Assembly (NCBI GenBank): GCA_965209055.1
Contig: OZ242374.1
Span: 608,001-672,000 of the forward strand
Direction of reading: 5' to 3'
From: Acidobacteriota bacterium
GTDB lineage: Bacteria; Acidobacteriota; UBA6911; RPQK01; JAJDTT01
DNA length: 64,000 nt
Shown: positions 21,611 to 31,483 of the stretch, in pieces
Layout: every line of letters starts with the position of its first letter
Numbering within the stretch: position 1 is the first letter of the stretch
Translations under genes and position numbers: made by a program
The notes under the pieces: model-generated
The model's input: the letters and a program-made list of their open reading frames with translations, nothing else
What the model was told of the DNA's origin: nothing
Databases searched by the model: none

Positions 21611-22870
21611 ATGAGTTTCTTGACGGGTCTGGGCTGCAAGGAGTGCGACCAACGCTACCCGGCGGATCGGAGCTTCATTTGTCTCGAGTGCTTCGGGCCC
21701 TTGGAGGTCCTGTACGACTACGAGAAGATCGGGGCCAATCTGAATCCCGCCAAGATCGCCACCCGACCCCCGAATCTATGGCGCTACCGGGAGTTGCTGC
21801 CCTTGGATGGCGCGCCGGTGACCGGGTTCCACTCCGGCTTCACACCTTTGATCCGGGCGGACCGGCTGGCCCGCCGGCTGGGACTGAAGGAACTCTATCT
21901 CAAGGACGATTCGGTCAATCATCCCAGCTTCTCCTACAAGGACCGGGTCGTCTCCATCGCCCTGAGCCGGGGGAGGGAGTTGGGATACGAGGTCTTCTCC
22001 TGTGCGTCCACCGGCAATCTCGGCAACTCGGTGGCGGCCCACTGCGCCCGGACCGGTCTTCCCTGCCTTATCTTCATTCCCGAGACGACGGAACCGAGCA
22101 AGATTCTCGGCTCGCTCATCCATGGGCCCGAACTCGTGGGACTGGAGGGCAACTACGACGACGTGAACCGCCTCTGCGCCGAAATCGGCGACCACTACGG
22201 CTGGGGATTCGTCAACGTCAATCTCAGGCCCTACTACACCGAAGGGGCCAAAACCATGGGCTTCGAGATCGTGGAACAGTTGGGTTGGCGGCTTCCCGAC
22301 CACCTGGTCCTTCCCACGGCTGGAGGAACCCTGCTTCCCCGCGTCGCCAAGGCTCTCGAAGAGGTGGTGCACCTGGGCTGGGCCGAGGGCCACACCAAGA
22401 TCCACTGCGCCCAGGCGGCCGGTTGCGCGCCGGTGATCCGGGCCCTCCATCAGGGTCTCGACTACATCAACCCCGAGAAACCGAACACGGTGGCCAAGGC
22501 CATCGCCATCGGCGACCCGGCCGACGGCCCCTACGTGCTGCAGAACGTCCGCCAGTCCGGCGGCTGGGGAGAGATGGCGGAGGATGAGGAAATCCTGGCC
22601 GCCATTCGGCTGCTGGCGGAGACCGAGGGCGTCTTCACCGAACCGGCCGGAGGAACCACTCTGGCCGTCACCATCAAGCTTCTCCGCCAAAACCGGATCC
22701 GGCCCGACGAATCGGTGGTGGTCGGAATCACCGGAAACGGCTACAAGAGCCAGGACGTCTTCCTGGGAAGCGCCCGGATCTCGACGGTGATGCGCCCCAA
22801 CCTCATGGTCTTCCGGGAGTGGTACGAATCCCGGAAAGAAACGCCCATCGTGGCGTCGGCCGCCGTCTGA
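21611..22870 (+). CDS. Threonine synthase-family PLP enzyme with N-terminal Zn ribbon (possibly a Met/sulfur pathway paralog)
   Basis: CKEC...CLEC, HPSFSYKDR (PLP Lys), CASTGN, EGAKT, TEPAGG, ITGNGYK. Start is the ATG after the riboswitch. Confidence 0.88.
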   Translation: MSFLTGLGCKECDQRYPADRSFICLECFGPLEVLYDYEKIGANLNPAKIATRPPNLWRYRELLPLDGAPVTGFHSGFTPLIRADRLARRLGLKELYLKDDSVNHPSFSYKDRVVSIALSRGRELGYEVFSCASTGNLGNSVAAHCARTGLPCLIFIPETTEPSKILGSLIHGPELVGLEGNYDDVNRLCAEIGDHYGWGFVNVNLRPYYTEGAKTMGFEIVEQLGWRLPDHLVLPTAGGTLLPRVAKALEEVVHLGWAEGHTKIHCAQAAGCAPVIRALHQGLDYINPEKPNTVAKAIAIGDPADGPYVLQNVRQSGGWGEMAEDEEILAAIRLLAETEGVFTEPAGGTTLAVTIKLLRQNRIRPDESVVVGITGNGYKSQDVFLGSARISTVMRPNLMVFREWYESRKETPIVASAAV

Positions 22871-22951
22871 GCCAGACCACCGCAGTGCCGACTCGATGGC
22901 CGCTGCCGCGTTGATGTAGCGCCGTCCGTTCAGTTATATTCGATCGCCGTT

Positions 22952-23024
22952 GGCGGTGTAGCTCAGTGGTCAGAGCAGGCGGCTCATATCCGCCGAGTCG
23001 GGGGTTCGAGTCCCTCCACCGCCA
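22952..23024 (+). tRNA. tRNA-Met (CAT), elongator type
   Basis: Acceptor GGCGGTG/CACCGCC, TAGCTCAG D-arm, GGCGG-CTCATAT-CCGCC anticodon arm, GTTCGAG T-loop; CCA not encoded. Confidence 0.9.
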
Positions 23025-23067
23025 TGCCAAATAACCGACCGCAGTCGGATTGAAGTCGGATCTCCCC

Positions 23068-24066
23068 ATGACACTCGCCATCCGCCCCCGCCGTCTGCGA
23101 ACCAGTCCCCGATTGCGCCGCATGGTCCGGGAGACCCGTCTCGAGCCGGGACAGTTGATTTATCCCATGTTCGTTCGCGAGGGGCGGGGCGTCCGGGAGG
23201 AGATCCCGTCCATGCCGGGCCAGTTCCGGTACTCGGTGGACGTTCTGGTCCAGGAGTTGGAACGGGTCCAGGAGTTGGAGATCGCCGGAGTGATGCTCTT
23301 CGGAATCCCGGACCCGTCGGAGAAGGACGCACTGGGAACCCCGGGATACGCCCAGGACGGGCTCATCTGCCGGGCTCTCCAGGCAGGCAGGGAGAAAGTC
23401 GGGGACCTGCTGCTGATCGCGGACGTCTGCCTCTGCGAATACACGGACCACGGGCACTGCGGACGCCTGCTGGACGATCCTCCCCGCGTCGACAACGACG
23501 GCACGCTCGAACTGCTCTCCCAGGAAGCCCTGGCCTACGCCCGGGCGGGCGCCCACCTGGTGGCCCCGTCGGACATGATGGACGGAAGGGTGGGGGCCAT
23601 CCGCAAAACTCTCGACTCGGAAGGTTTCCAGGAGACGGCGATCCTCTCGTACGCGGCCAAGTACGCCTCCGCCTACTACGGACCTTTCCGGGAAGCGGCC
23701 GAGTCGGCCCCCAGTTTCGGTGACCGGAAGAGCTACCAGATGGACCCGGCCAACGCCCGCGAGGCCGAACGGGAGGTCCGCCTGGATCTGGAGGAAGGGG
23801 CCGACATGGTCATGGTGAAACCGGCGCTGCCCTATCTGGACATCATCCACCGGGTCCGCCGAATGTCCGAAGTTCCGGTGGCCGCCTACCAGGTGAGCGG
23901 AGAATACAGCGCCCTCTGCGCGGCCTTCGCCCAGGGTTGGCTGAACCGGGACCAGGCCGTGAGGGAAACGTTGCTTTCGATCCGGCGAGCGGGAGCCGAC
24001 ATCATTCTGACCTATTTCGCGTGCGAGGTGGCCGAGAGGATTCGGCGCGGCGATTGGACCGAATAG
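23068..24066 (+). CDS. hemB: Porphobilinogen synthase (Zn-type)
   Basis: RPRRLR, DVCLCEYTDHGHC, APSDMMDG, SAYYGPFR, MVKPA, AYQVSGEY. Confidence 0.97.
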   Translation: MTLAIRPRRLRTSPRLRRMVRETRLEPGQLIYPMFVREGRGVREEIPSMPGQFRYSVDVLVQELERVQELEIAGVMLFGIPDPSEKDALGTPGYAQDGLICRALQAGREKVGDLLLIADVCLCEYTDHGHCGRLLDDPPRVDNDGTLELLSQEALAYARAGAHLVAPSDMMDGRVGAIRKTLDSEGFQETAILSYAAKYASAYYGPFREAAESAPSFGDRKSYQMDPANAREAEREVRLDLEEGADMVMVKPALPYLDIIHRVRRMSEVPVAAYQVSGEYSALCAAFAQGWLNRDQAVRETLLSIRRAGADIILTYFACEVAERIRRGDWTE

Positions 24067-24086
24067 GACAAACCAGGGGGAACTCC

Positions 24087-25427
24087 TTGAAAAACCGGAA
24101 CGACTCGTCGGAAGCGGGCAGGCTCCAGGCCAACGCCGAGAGCACTGCCTTGATGGATCGGGCCCGGCAGGTCATGCCGGGCGGCGTCAACAGTCCGGTG
24201 CGGGCCTTCAAGGCGGTGGGGGGGAGTCCTCCCTTCCTGCGGTCGGGGAACGGTTCGCAGGTGGTGGACATGGACGGCAACCGCTACGTGGACTACCTGG
24301 GCTCCTGGGGTCCGCTGATCCTGGGACATGCCCGGCCCGAAGTCGTCCAGGCGGTGACCGAAGCGGCGCAGCGGGGGACCAGCTACGGAGCGCCCACCGA
24401 GGGAGAGGTGCTGCTGGCCGAGAAGATCTGCGGCCTGTTTCCCTCCATCGAGAAGGTGAGGCTGGTCAACTCGGGCACCGAGGCCACCATGACCGCGTTG
24501 CGGCTCGCCCGCGCCTACACCGGCCGTTCCCTGGTGGTGAAATTCGACGGCTGCTACCACGGTCACTCCGACGGCCTGCTGGTCCAGGCGGGATCCGGTG
24601 TGCTGACTCTGGGATTGGCCGACAGCCCCGGAGTCCCCGAAGGCTATGCCCGGGAGACGCTGACCGTTCCCTTCAACGATCTCGACCGGTTGGAAGCCGC
24701 CTTCGGCGCCTATCCCGATCGGATCGCGGCCGTCATCCTGGAGCCGGTGCCCGCCAACATGGGAGTGTTGCTTCCTCATGAGGGGTTTCTCCAGGGCGTT
24801 TTGGAGCTGGGTGAGGCTCACGGCGCCGTGGTCATCTTCGATGAGGTGATCACCGGGTTCCGGCTGGCGCTGGGAGGGGCTCAGGAACGATTCTCGGTGG
24901 CGGCTCCCATGACCTGCCTGGGCAAGGTGGTGGGCGGCGGGCTGCCCATCGGCGCCTACGGCGGGCGCAAGGACATCATGGAAATGATGGCTCCCCAGGG
25001 CTCCGTCTACCAGGCGGGGACTCTTTCCGGGAATCCCATTGCCGTGGCGGCCGGCCTGAAGACGCTGGAGATCCTGGAACGGGACCGCCCCTACGAAGCC
25101 ATGGAGGAAAGAGCGTCCGAACTGTGCCGGGGATTGAGGGAGGCGGGCGGCCGCCACTCGATTCCTCTTCAGGTCCAGCGTTGCGGCTCCATGCTCACGC
25201 CGTTTCACCGGGAGGGACCGGTCACGGGATTCGCCGAGGCCAAGACCTGCGACCTGCAACGTTTCGCCGCCTTTTTCCGCGGGATGCTGGATCGCGGCGT
25301 CTACACGGCGCCCTCCCAGTTCGAGGCCAATTTCGTCTCGGCCGCCCACTCCGATGCGGATGTCCGGAAGACGCTGGAAGCCGCGGATGAGACACTGGGC
25401 ACACTTGCGTCCGGCCACATCCGATAG
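24087..25427 (+). CDS. hemL: Glutamate-1-semialdehyde 2,1-aminomutase
   Basis: PGGVNSPVRAF, SWGPLILGH, NSGTEAT, FDEVITGFR, GKVVGGG, YQAGTLSGNP. Confidence 0.96.
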   Translation: MKNRNDSSEAGRLQANAESTALMDRARQVMPGGVNSPVRAFKAVGGSPPFLRSGNGSQVVDMDGNRYVDYLGSWGPLILGHARPEVVQAVTEAAQRGTSYGAPTEGEVLLAEKICGLFPSIEKVRLVNSGTEATMTALRLARAYTGRSLVVKFDGCYHGHSDGLLVQAGSGVLTLGLADSPGVPEGYARETLTVPFNDLDRLEAAFGAYPDRIAAVILEPVPANMGVLLPHEGFLQGVLELGEAHGAVVIFDEVITGFRLALGGAQERFSVAAPMTCLGKVVGGGLPIGAYGGRKDIMEMMAPQGSVYQAGTLSGNPIAVAAGLKTLEILERDRPYEAMEERASELCRGLREAGGRHSIPLQVQRCGSMLTPFHREGPVTGFAEAKTCDLQRFAAFFRGMLDRGVYTAPSQFEANFVSAAHSDADVRKTLEAADETLGTLASGHIR

Positions 25428-25466
25428 TCGGACCGGTCCGGACTGTTGCGGAGACAAGGGCCCCGG

Positions 25467-28400
25467 CTATCGGGATGGGGAAGTCGCCGCGGCCGGGGCC
25501 GGGTGGGGCAGCCGGTCACCGGAACCGCCGACCCGGACTCCGACGACCAGGCCGGGTCCGTACGATGACTGGCTGTAGGAGCAGAACCAGGTCAGCAGGC
25601 GGTCGGGCCGCAGCCGCACCGCATAGCCGGCGCCGGCGTCCACGCCCCAATCGGCCGGTTGCGCGCCGCCCCGGTAGCCGCGGTAGACCTGCTCCTGCCA
25701 GAGTCTGCCGCCGCCGTTGGCCTGATCTCCCCAGCGCGGCGACAGCGACAGCGACAGGCCTTGCTGCCGGCTCCCCACGCTGAGCGTCACCCCGACTCCT
25801 CGCTCGCGATATCCGGCGGCCGAATGCAGCACCAGCATCCGCCCCTGGGCGTCGACCCGCACCCGGCCCCCAGCCGCCCGCAGGCCGCCGGCCAACTCCA
25901 GGCCGGTCCCCGTCTGTCCCGCCCCGCCGTCGCGCCGCACGTGCGCCTCGACAAACGGCGCCAGCGCCAGTCCGTTTTTCATCCGCACCGGACGCGACAC
26001 GTCCGTGCCGAAGCGCGCCTGGCTGACCCCCACCCGGTGCGCGTCGATGGTCTCCTCCCCCGCCCCGGTGGCCAGCCGCGCCCACGCCGCGTCCCCCCGC
26101 AGACCGATCTCGGCCCGGCCGCCCGCCGCGCCGTAGCGCCGCCGCACCTCCACCAGGCCCAGGCCCAGGCCCAGACCGCTGGTTCCCAGGCGACCGCTCC
26201 GCCGCACGTTCTCCACTTCGCCCCAGCCTCCGCCGCCCAGCGCCGAGAACGAGGTCCTCCCATCCGACCAGTGCAGGTACGGGTGCACCGCCGTCAGCGT
26301 TGCCGCCAGCGAGCCGCTCGACCCGCCCACGCGCCAGTCGCCCGATCCCTGACTGCGCGCCAGCGCCACTCCCGCCAACCAGCTCTCCGACAGCCACGTG
26401 TCCAGTCCCAAGTACCCGGTCCGCAGGTCGCCACCGTAGCCCACCGCCGCCGATCGCGCCCCTTGAAACGTCTGGAGGTCCCCCTGGCCCCACACCTGCC
26501 AGCGCCTCCCGGGACGCGTCGGTTCGTCCGCCGCCTCGCCTCCGCCCCAAGCCACCACGAACTCCGTGCCGCTCAGCCACCGGTCCGGCCCGAGTCCGTC
26601 TCCTCCGTACCCGACAGGGCTTCCCAGCCTCCCGGCGCAGTCCCGCTGCGCACCGGCGCCCGGCCCCATCGGGCACTCAGGATCTCCTCCCGGCGCCACA
26701 CCCATCGCGCCGCCGCCGAACGACCCCAACCCGGGCCGCCTCGCCGGGTTCGAATACCGGCCGGCGTACGGCCGGCCGCTCGACATGAACCGCTCCGCCT
26801 CCGTCCGGCTCAGCGGCACCCTCCGTCCCATCACCCTCAGCTCGGTCCGCCGGCCGGGGCCCGCCGCCGCCCGCCGCCCCAGCGTCATCCGCGCGCTCGC
26901 CAGGTGCGACCGCGCCAGGGCCGCCAGCGTATCCTCCACCACCGCGCGCACGAGCCGGTCGCTCACCCCCACCCCGAACGTCTGCGTCGCCCTCATCCCA
27001 TCCGGGTCCTCCCCCGTCACCCGGACCGTCGCCCTCCCGTATTCCACCGGCGTCAGAGTCAGCGTCTCTCCGCTCACCCCCACCGTCACCACCAGCGCAT
27101 CCGACGACGACGCGCGGAAGATCAGCGGGTCCCCGTCGGCGTCGCGGAAGTACCGGCCCAACTCCACCGTCACCTCCGAACCGCCCTCGTCCAGATCCTG
27201 ATCCGGAATCGTCCCGACGGTCACCGGCGCATCGTTCGCCGACACCACAACCACCTCCACGGCCGCTTCCGCCGTCCCGCCGGCTCCGTCGGAGACCACA
27301 TAGGTGAACCGGTCCGTTCCGTGGTAGTTCGCCTCCGGCGTATAGGCCACGCCCCCGGAGACGGACCTCGCCGTCCCGTGCTCCGGGGCCGAGACGCTCT
27401 CGACGTGCAGGGCGTCGCCGTCCGGATCCGTGTCATTGGCCAGCACGTCCACCGTGACTCGCTGGTCCTCCTCCGTTCGCGCCTCGTCGTCCTTTGCCTC
27501 CGGCGCTTCATTCAGGTTGGTCACCGTCACCACAATCGGAACTCTCGCCTCCGCCCCGTGGGGGTCGCGGGCCCGGGCCGTCAGCTCGTACCGGTTCGGC
27601 TCCGACTCGAAGTCCTCCCCCGGACCGGCATAGGTGACGGCGCCGTTTTGCGCCCCGATGGCGAAAAGCTCGCGGTCGCCGGACAGCAACGCGTAGGTCA
27701 CCTCGTCGCCGTCCGGATCCGACGCCGTCACGAGACCGAGGGCCACGGGTCGTTGGCGGCCATCCAGGTTCTCGCGCAGTTCGAAGGCATAGGCCGGCTC
27801 CCCGAACACCGGCGGCTCGTTGACGACTTCGACGACGACCTCGGCCGACGCCGTACCGCCACGGCCGTCGGAGACCACCACCCGGATCGTGACCGTCCCG
27901 GTCCCGTCAGGCGCACGCCAGCGCGCCGTAGCGGCGTCGGCGGCTCCGATGAAACCGCCCTGAGGCGCGCTCCACGAGTACGTCAACGGGTCGTCTTCCG
28001 GGTCTGACGCCGTCGCCGTCAGACTCACCTCGCCGCCCGGATCCACCGTGCACGGGTCGCACGTCGCCGTCACCGTGGGCGGCCAGTTGTCCTGGACGAC
28101 CTCGACGTTCACGACGGCCGACGCCGTACCCCCCCGGCCGTCGGAGACCTCGATTCGGATCGTGACGGTCCCGGTGGCTTCCGGTGCCCGCCAGCGCGCC
28201 GTGGCGGCGTTGGCGGCTCCGATGAAGCCGCCCCGCGGCGCGCTCCACGTGTAGGTCAGCGGGTCGCCGTCCGGGTCCGACGCCGTCGCCGTCAGACTCA
28301 CCTCGCCGCCCGGATCCACCGTGCACGGGTCGCACGACGCCGTCACTGTGGGCCGGCGGTTCCCCGGCGGCGGAGGGTTCGGACGCTTCACCTCGACGTT

Positions 28401-30698
28401 CACTACGGCCGACGCCGTCCCCCCCCGGCCGTCGGAGACCTGGATTCGGACCCGGACGGTTCCAGTGGCGCCCGGCGCCCGCCAGAATGCCACCGCGACG
28501 TTGGCGGCTCCGATGAAGCCGCCCTGAGGCGCGCTCCACGAGTACGTCAACGGATCGCCGTCCGGGTCCGACGCCGTCGCCGTCAGACGCACCTCGCCAC
28601 CCGGGGCCACCGTGCAGGGATTGCACGACGCCCTCACCGTGGGCGGGCGGTTCCCCCGCGGCGGCCTGGTGTCGTCATCGTTCGTGCGCACCGTCACGTC
28701 GCCGGTCACGCCGTCGTAGCCGCCGCCCGACGCCGTGTGCGTCAACGTCACCGTCTCCGAGACCGTGTTCGAATCCTGGGCCGCCGTCACCGTCACCGTC
28801 TGACCCGCGCTCCAGTTCGCCGTCGTGAACCCCAGCGACGTCCGGCTGACGCCGACCCCCCGGCCCGCGCCGGTGATCGACACGGTCACCCCGGCGCCCG
28901 GTTGGGTCGCCAGGGCCACCGTGTAATCCTCCGTCGAGCCCTCGTCCACCGGCACGTCGGTCCGGCTGAACACCAAGCCGGGCTCGCCCGGCGCGCCGGT
29001 CGTCGTCTCCGTGCCCTCCCACCAGGCATAGCCGGGGAGTTGAAATCCGTCCTGGCCAAGCCCGGTCAGGGGTATCGCCCGGAGGTCATAGGATGTGCTG
29101 GGAGAAAGGCCCCGCCAGACCTTGCGTCTCGCCGTGGTCTTGGACGTGCGGAAGACGCCCGGGCCCTGGATCTCGAGTTCGTAGCCGGCCGCTCCCTCGA
29201 CGCCGGGCCAGGTGAGGGTGATCTCATCGTGCGTGGCCGACGTCGTCACGTCCATCCGCTTCCGAGTGTCGACGACGAAGACGGCCACGTCGTCGATGGC
29301 CGCGCCATCGTAGGCGCCGCCGCTCGCCTGGTGCGAAATCGCGGCGCTGCCCGTCCCGGCGCCCGTGACCGTCACCGTCTGGGCGACGTTCCAGTCCGAC
29401 GGCGTGAACGTCAGGCTTGCGGGCAACACCGTCGCCACGCCGGCGTTGCCGCTCGACGCCGTGATGGTCACGTCCGCACTCGGCTCCACGTCCAGGACCA
29501 CGCTGTACGGGCCGGTGTTTCCCGCATCCAAATCGAGGACTGTCGGCGAAACGGTGACGGCCGGGAGGTCGTTGTCGACAATGCTGACGGTGTCCCCGTT
29601 CAGGATCGGGATGATCTCCCGGATGAACTCATTGTCTGTTATCAGGCTCAGAACGACATCGAAACTCTCGTTCCCCTCCACAGTGTCATCGTCGACGGTA
29701 GATACGTCGAACGTGCGCGTTTCGCCCCCGGTGCCATCGAAGGTGAGGGTCTGCGGGGTGTTGTCGTAGTCGACCCCGCCGGTGGCGGTCACATCCGCGA
29801 ACGTCACGCCCACCTGGAACCCCCGCACCACGCCATGCAGCAGCGTAACGTCGAACGTCACCGCTTCGCCTTCATTCGGCAGGTGATTTGATGCCCGCGC
29901 GGTGACCGACGTGACATCGTTGTTTTGAATGATGCCGACTGCGGTATCGCTGACGTCGATGTTCGGGTCGGGCACCGCCAGTGCCAGGTGGACCGTGAAG
30001 TGCTCGTGACCCTCCACCTGCTCATCTTCGGCGATGGTTACGTTGAAACGCGCCTGATGACGAGCTCCGGGCTGATCGTCCGCGCCGAACCTGAGAGTCT
30101 TCTGGGTGTTATCGTAGTCGACCCCGGAGTCACCGATGGCGCCGCCTTTCGCGGTCCCGTCCTCCAACGTGACTGTCACCTCGAGGTTTCTGGGCTCGGA
30201 ATTGTTCAGCGTAACCTCGAATGCCGCGAATCCGCCGCCCTCCGGCACGGTGACGTCTTCCACGGTGAGGCTCGCCGTGTCGTCGTTCGTGATCGTTCCG
30301 GTGGCGGTATCGCTGTCGTCGACATCGTCGTCGTTTGCGTGCAGCGATACCGTGAAAGTCTCGTCGTCTTCGTAGTTGGCGTCTTCGACGGTGGCCACGG
30401 TATAGGTGTGCGCCTCCCCGTCGTTGCCTGCAAAGGTGCGTTGTTGAGTGCCGCCCACGTAGTCGCTGTGCGGCGTGGTGGCTCTGGCGCTCCCCGGGGC
30501 GGTGTTGAAGTTCACATTGAACCCGGACGACGTCGCCCCGTTCAGCGTGACGGTGAACACCAGGTCCTCGCCTTCCTCCGCACTGACGTCCTCGACCGTC
30601 AGCGTCTGGGCGGCGGCGCCCGAGGAAAGCAGGAAGGCGCACACTGCGAGCAGGAGTGCGGTCCACAGGGAAGGTCCGGAAACCGGGCGCCGTCCCAT
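25467..30698 (-). CDS. Large modular autotransporter-like adhesin (Calx-beta, FN3-like, Ig/PKD-like, cadherin-like, C-terminal beta-barrel)
   Basis: Signal ...LLSSGAAA/QT; Calx-beta-like EDDETFTVSL...ATGTITNDD; cadherin-like NEPPVF..RENL..ASDPDGD; Big_9-like NEAPEAKDD..DVLANDTD; barrel starting WQVWGQG. The ORF is open to 30881. Confidence 0.8.
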   Translation of the reverse strand: MGRRPVSGPSLWTALLLAVCAFLLSSGAAAQTLTVEDVSAEEGEDLVFTVTLNGATSSGFNVNFNTAPGSARATTPHSDYVGGTQQRTFAGNDGEAHTYTVATVEDANYEDDETFTVSLHANDDDVDDSDTATGTITNDDTASLTVEDVTVPEGGGFAAFEVTLNNSEPRNLEVTVTLEDGTAKGGAIGDSGVDYDNTQKTLRFGADDQPGARHQARFNVTIAEDEQVEGHEHFTVHLALAVPDPNIDVSDTAVGIIQNNDVTSVTARASNHLPNEGEAVTFDVTLLHGVVRGFQVGVTFADVTATGGVDYDNTPQTLTFDGTGGETRTFDVSTVDDDTVEGNESFDVVLSLITDNEFIREIIPILNGDTVSIVDNDLPAVTVSPTVLDLDAGNTGPYSVVLDVEPSADVTITASSGNAGVATVLPASLTFTPSDWNVAQTVTVTGAGTGSAAISHQASGGAYDGAAIDDVAVFVVDTRKRMDVTTSATHDEITLTWPGVEGAAGYELEIQGPGVFRTSKTTARRKVWRGLSPSTSYDLRAIPLTGLGQDGFQLPGYAWWEGTETTTGAPGEPGLVFSRTDVPVDEGSTEDYTVALATQPGAGVTVSITGAGRGVGVSRTSLGFTTANWSAGQTVTVTAAQDSNTVSETVTLTHTASGGGYDGVTGDVTVRTNDDDTRPPRGNRPPTVRASCNPCTVAPGGEVRLTATASDPDGDPLTYSWSAPQGGFIGAANVAVAFWRAPGATGTVRVRIQVSDGRGGTASAVVNVEVKRPNPPPPGNRRPTVTASCDPCTVDPGGEVSLTATASDPDGDPLTYTWSAPRGGFIGAANAATARWRAPEATGTVTIRIEVSDGRGGTASAVVNVEVVQDNWPPTVTATCDPCTVDPGGEVSLTATASDPEDDPLTYSWSAPQGGFIGAADAATARWRAPDGTGTVTIRVVVSDGRGGTASAEVVVEVVNEPPVFGEPAYAFELRENLDGRQRPVALGLVTASDPDGDEVTYALLSGDRELFAIGAQNGAVTYAGPGEDFESEPNRYELTARARDPHGAEARVPIVVTVTNLNEAPEAKDDEARTEEDQRVTVDVLANDTDPDGDALHVESVSAPEHGTARSVSGGVAYTPEANYHGTDRFTYVVSDGAGGTAEAAVEVVVVSANDAPVTVGTIPDQDLDEGGSEVTVELGRYFRDADGDPLIFRASSSDALVVTVGVSGETLTLTPVEYGRATVRVTGEDPDGMRATQTFGVGVSDRLVRAVVEDTLAALARSHLASARMTLGRRAAAGPGRRTELRVMGRRVPLSRTEAERFMSSGRPYAGRYSNPARRPGLGSFGGGAMGVAPGGDPECPMGPGAGAQRDCAGRLGSPVGYGGDGLGPDRWLSGTEFVVAWGGGEAADEPTRPGRRWQVWGQGDLQTFQGARSAAVGYGGDLRTGYLGLDTWLSESWLAGVALARSQGSGDWRVGGSSGSLAATLTAVHPYLHWSDGRTSFSALGGGGWGEVENVRRSGRLGTSGLGLGLGLVEVRRRYGAAGGRAEIGLRGDAAWARLATGAGEETIDAHRVGVSQARFGTDVSRPVRMKNGLALAPFVEAHVRRDGGAGQTGTGLELAGGLRAAGGRVRVDAQGRMLVLHSAAGYRERGVGVTLSVGSRQQGLSLSLSPRWGDQANGGGRLWQEQVYRGYRGGAQPADWGVDAGAGYAVRLRPDRLLTWFCSYSQSSYGPGLVVGVRVGGSGDRLPHPAPAAATSPSR
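27820..28655 (-). repeat. Three tandem ~270-290 bp Ig-like domain repeats inside the adhesin
   Basis: NxPxTVxAxCxPCTVxPGGEVxLTATASDPxxDPLTYxWSAPxGGFIGAA...SDGRGGTASA occurs three times with near-identical DNA. Confidence 0.9.
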
Positions 30699-31146
30699 TG
30701 CCGGACGGGGCGGCCGGCACTCACCTCCCCGCCCCGCGGCCGATGGTCCAGTTCTCCGGGTTTTCGACCGTCCACCGATTTGTCGCCGATCACATGCGCA
30801 TCCTCCAGACCGAGCAGGATGCACACGCATCACGCCCTGCCTAAAGGTGTCGTCGCACGTGCCGCCGGACTCAAGTGGCAAGCCAAACGGGGATCGCCGG
30901 AAGAGAGCCGATGATCACTCGACCGCTGATGGGTTTCCCGAGCGCCAGAGCGCGGCGGATACATCAATACAGGCACCGAAGAGGACGGTTGGGACCCTTT
31001 AACGAACGCCGAGAAGATGAGAACAGGGAAACCAGCTTCCGTAAGTCGCCGGTGCAGGTCCCAGTTTCAGATATTTGAAGTTAGGGTACAGACTGTGAGG
31101 TGAGGAAACAGGACTTTGTGTGATATTATCGAGTCAATACACACTC

Positions 31147-31161
31147 GTATTGTGACAATAC
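31147..31161. promoter_or_regulatory. Operator-like palindrome in an AT-rich intergenic patch
   Basis: GTATTGT-G-ACAATAC perfect 7-1-7 inverted repeat upstream of the adhesin. Confidence 0.4.
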
Positions 31162-31179
31162 TGTGCTATTTCAGCCATC

Positions 31180-31245
31180 TGCACGGTCATCGACGAGGAG
31201 ACCGGTCAAATGCGGGGCCTGATCGGCGACCTGTTGGATCAGGGA
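31180..31245 (+). pseudogene. Possible histidine kinase (HisKA) remnant
   Basis: The frame reads VIDEETGQMRGLIGDLLD, resembling the HisKA second helix; no H-box or ATPase domain is present. Confidence 0.35.
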
Positions 31246-31483
31246 TGGTCTCCACCTGGCGGTCTTGGTCGCCGACGGTCCCGGGCGAGTTACCGTTGTT
31301 CGGCTCCGGCACTTGATCCTCGATGGTCCCACCGGCATCGCGGAACATCTCCTGAATCCAGGAGCAGTCACAACTCCAGCCATCGTCGGATCCGACCTCC
31401 GTCTACGATCGCGCCCAGGTTCGGCCGCGTCCGACAACGGTGTTCTTGACGTCGCTCAGCTTTCCGTTCATACCTGAGTCAAC

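Noticed and set aside
22952-23024. CAT-anticodon tRNA near tilS as tRNA-Ile2 or initiator tRNA
   Set aside because: The G1-C72 pair and the absence of three consecutive G-C pairs at the base of the anticodon stem argue against an initiator. The GGCGGTG acceptor fits elongator Met better than Ile2. A tRNAscan-SE isotype model would settle it.
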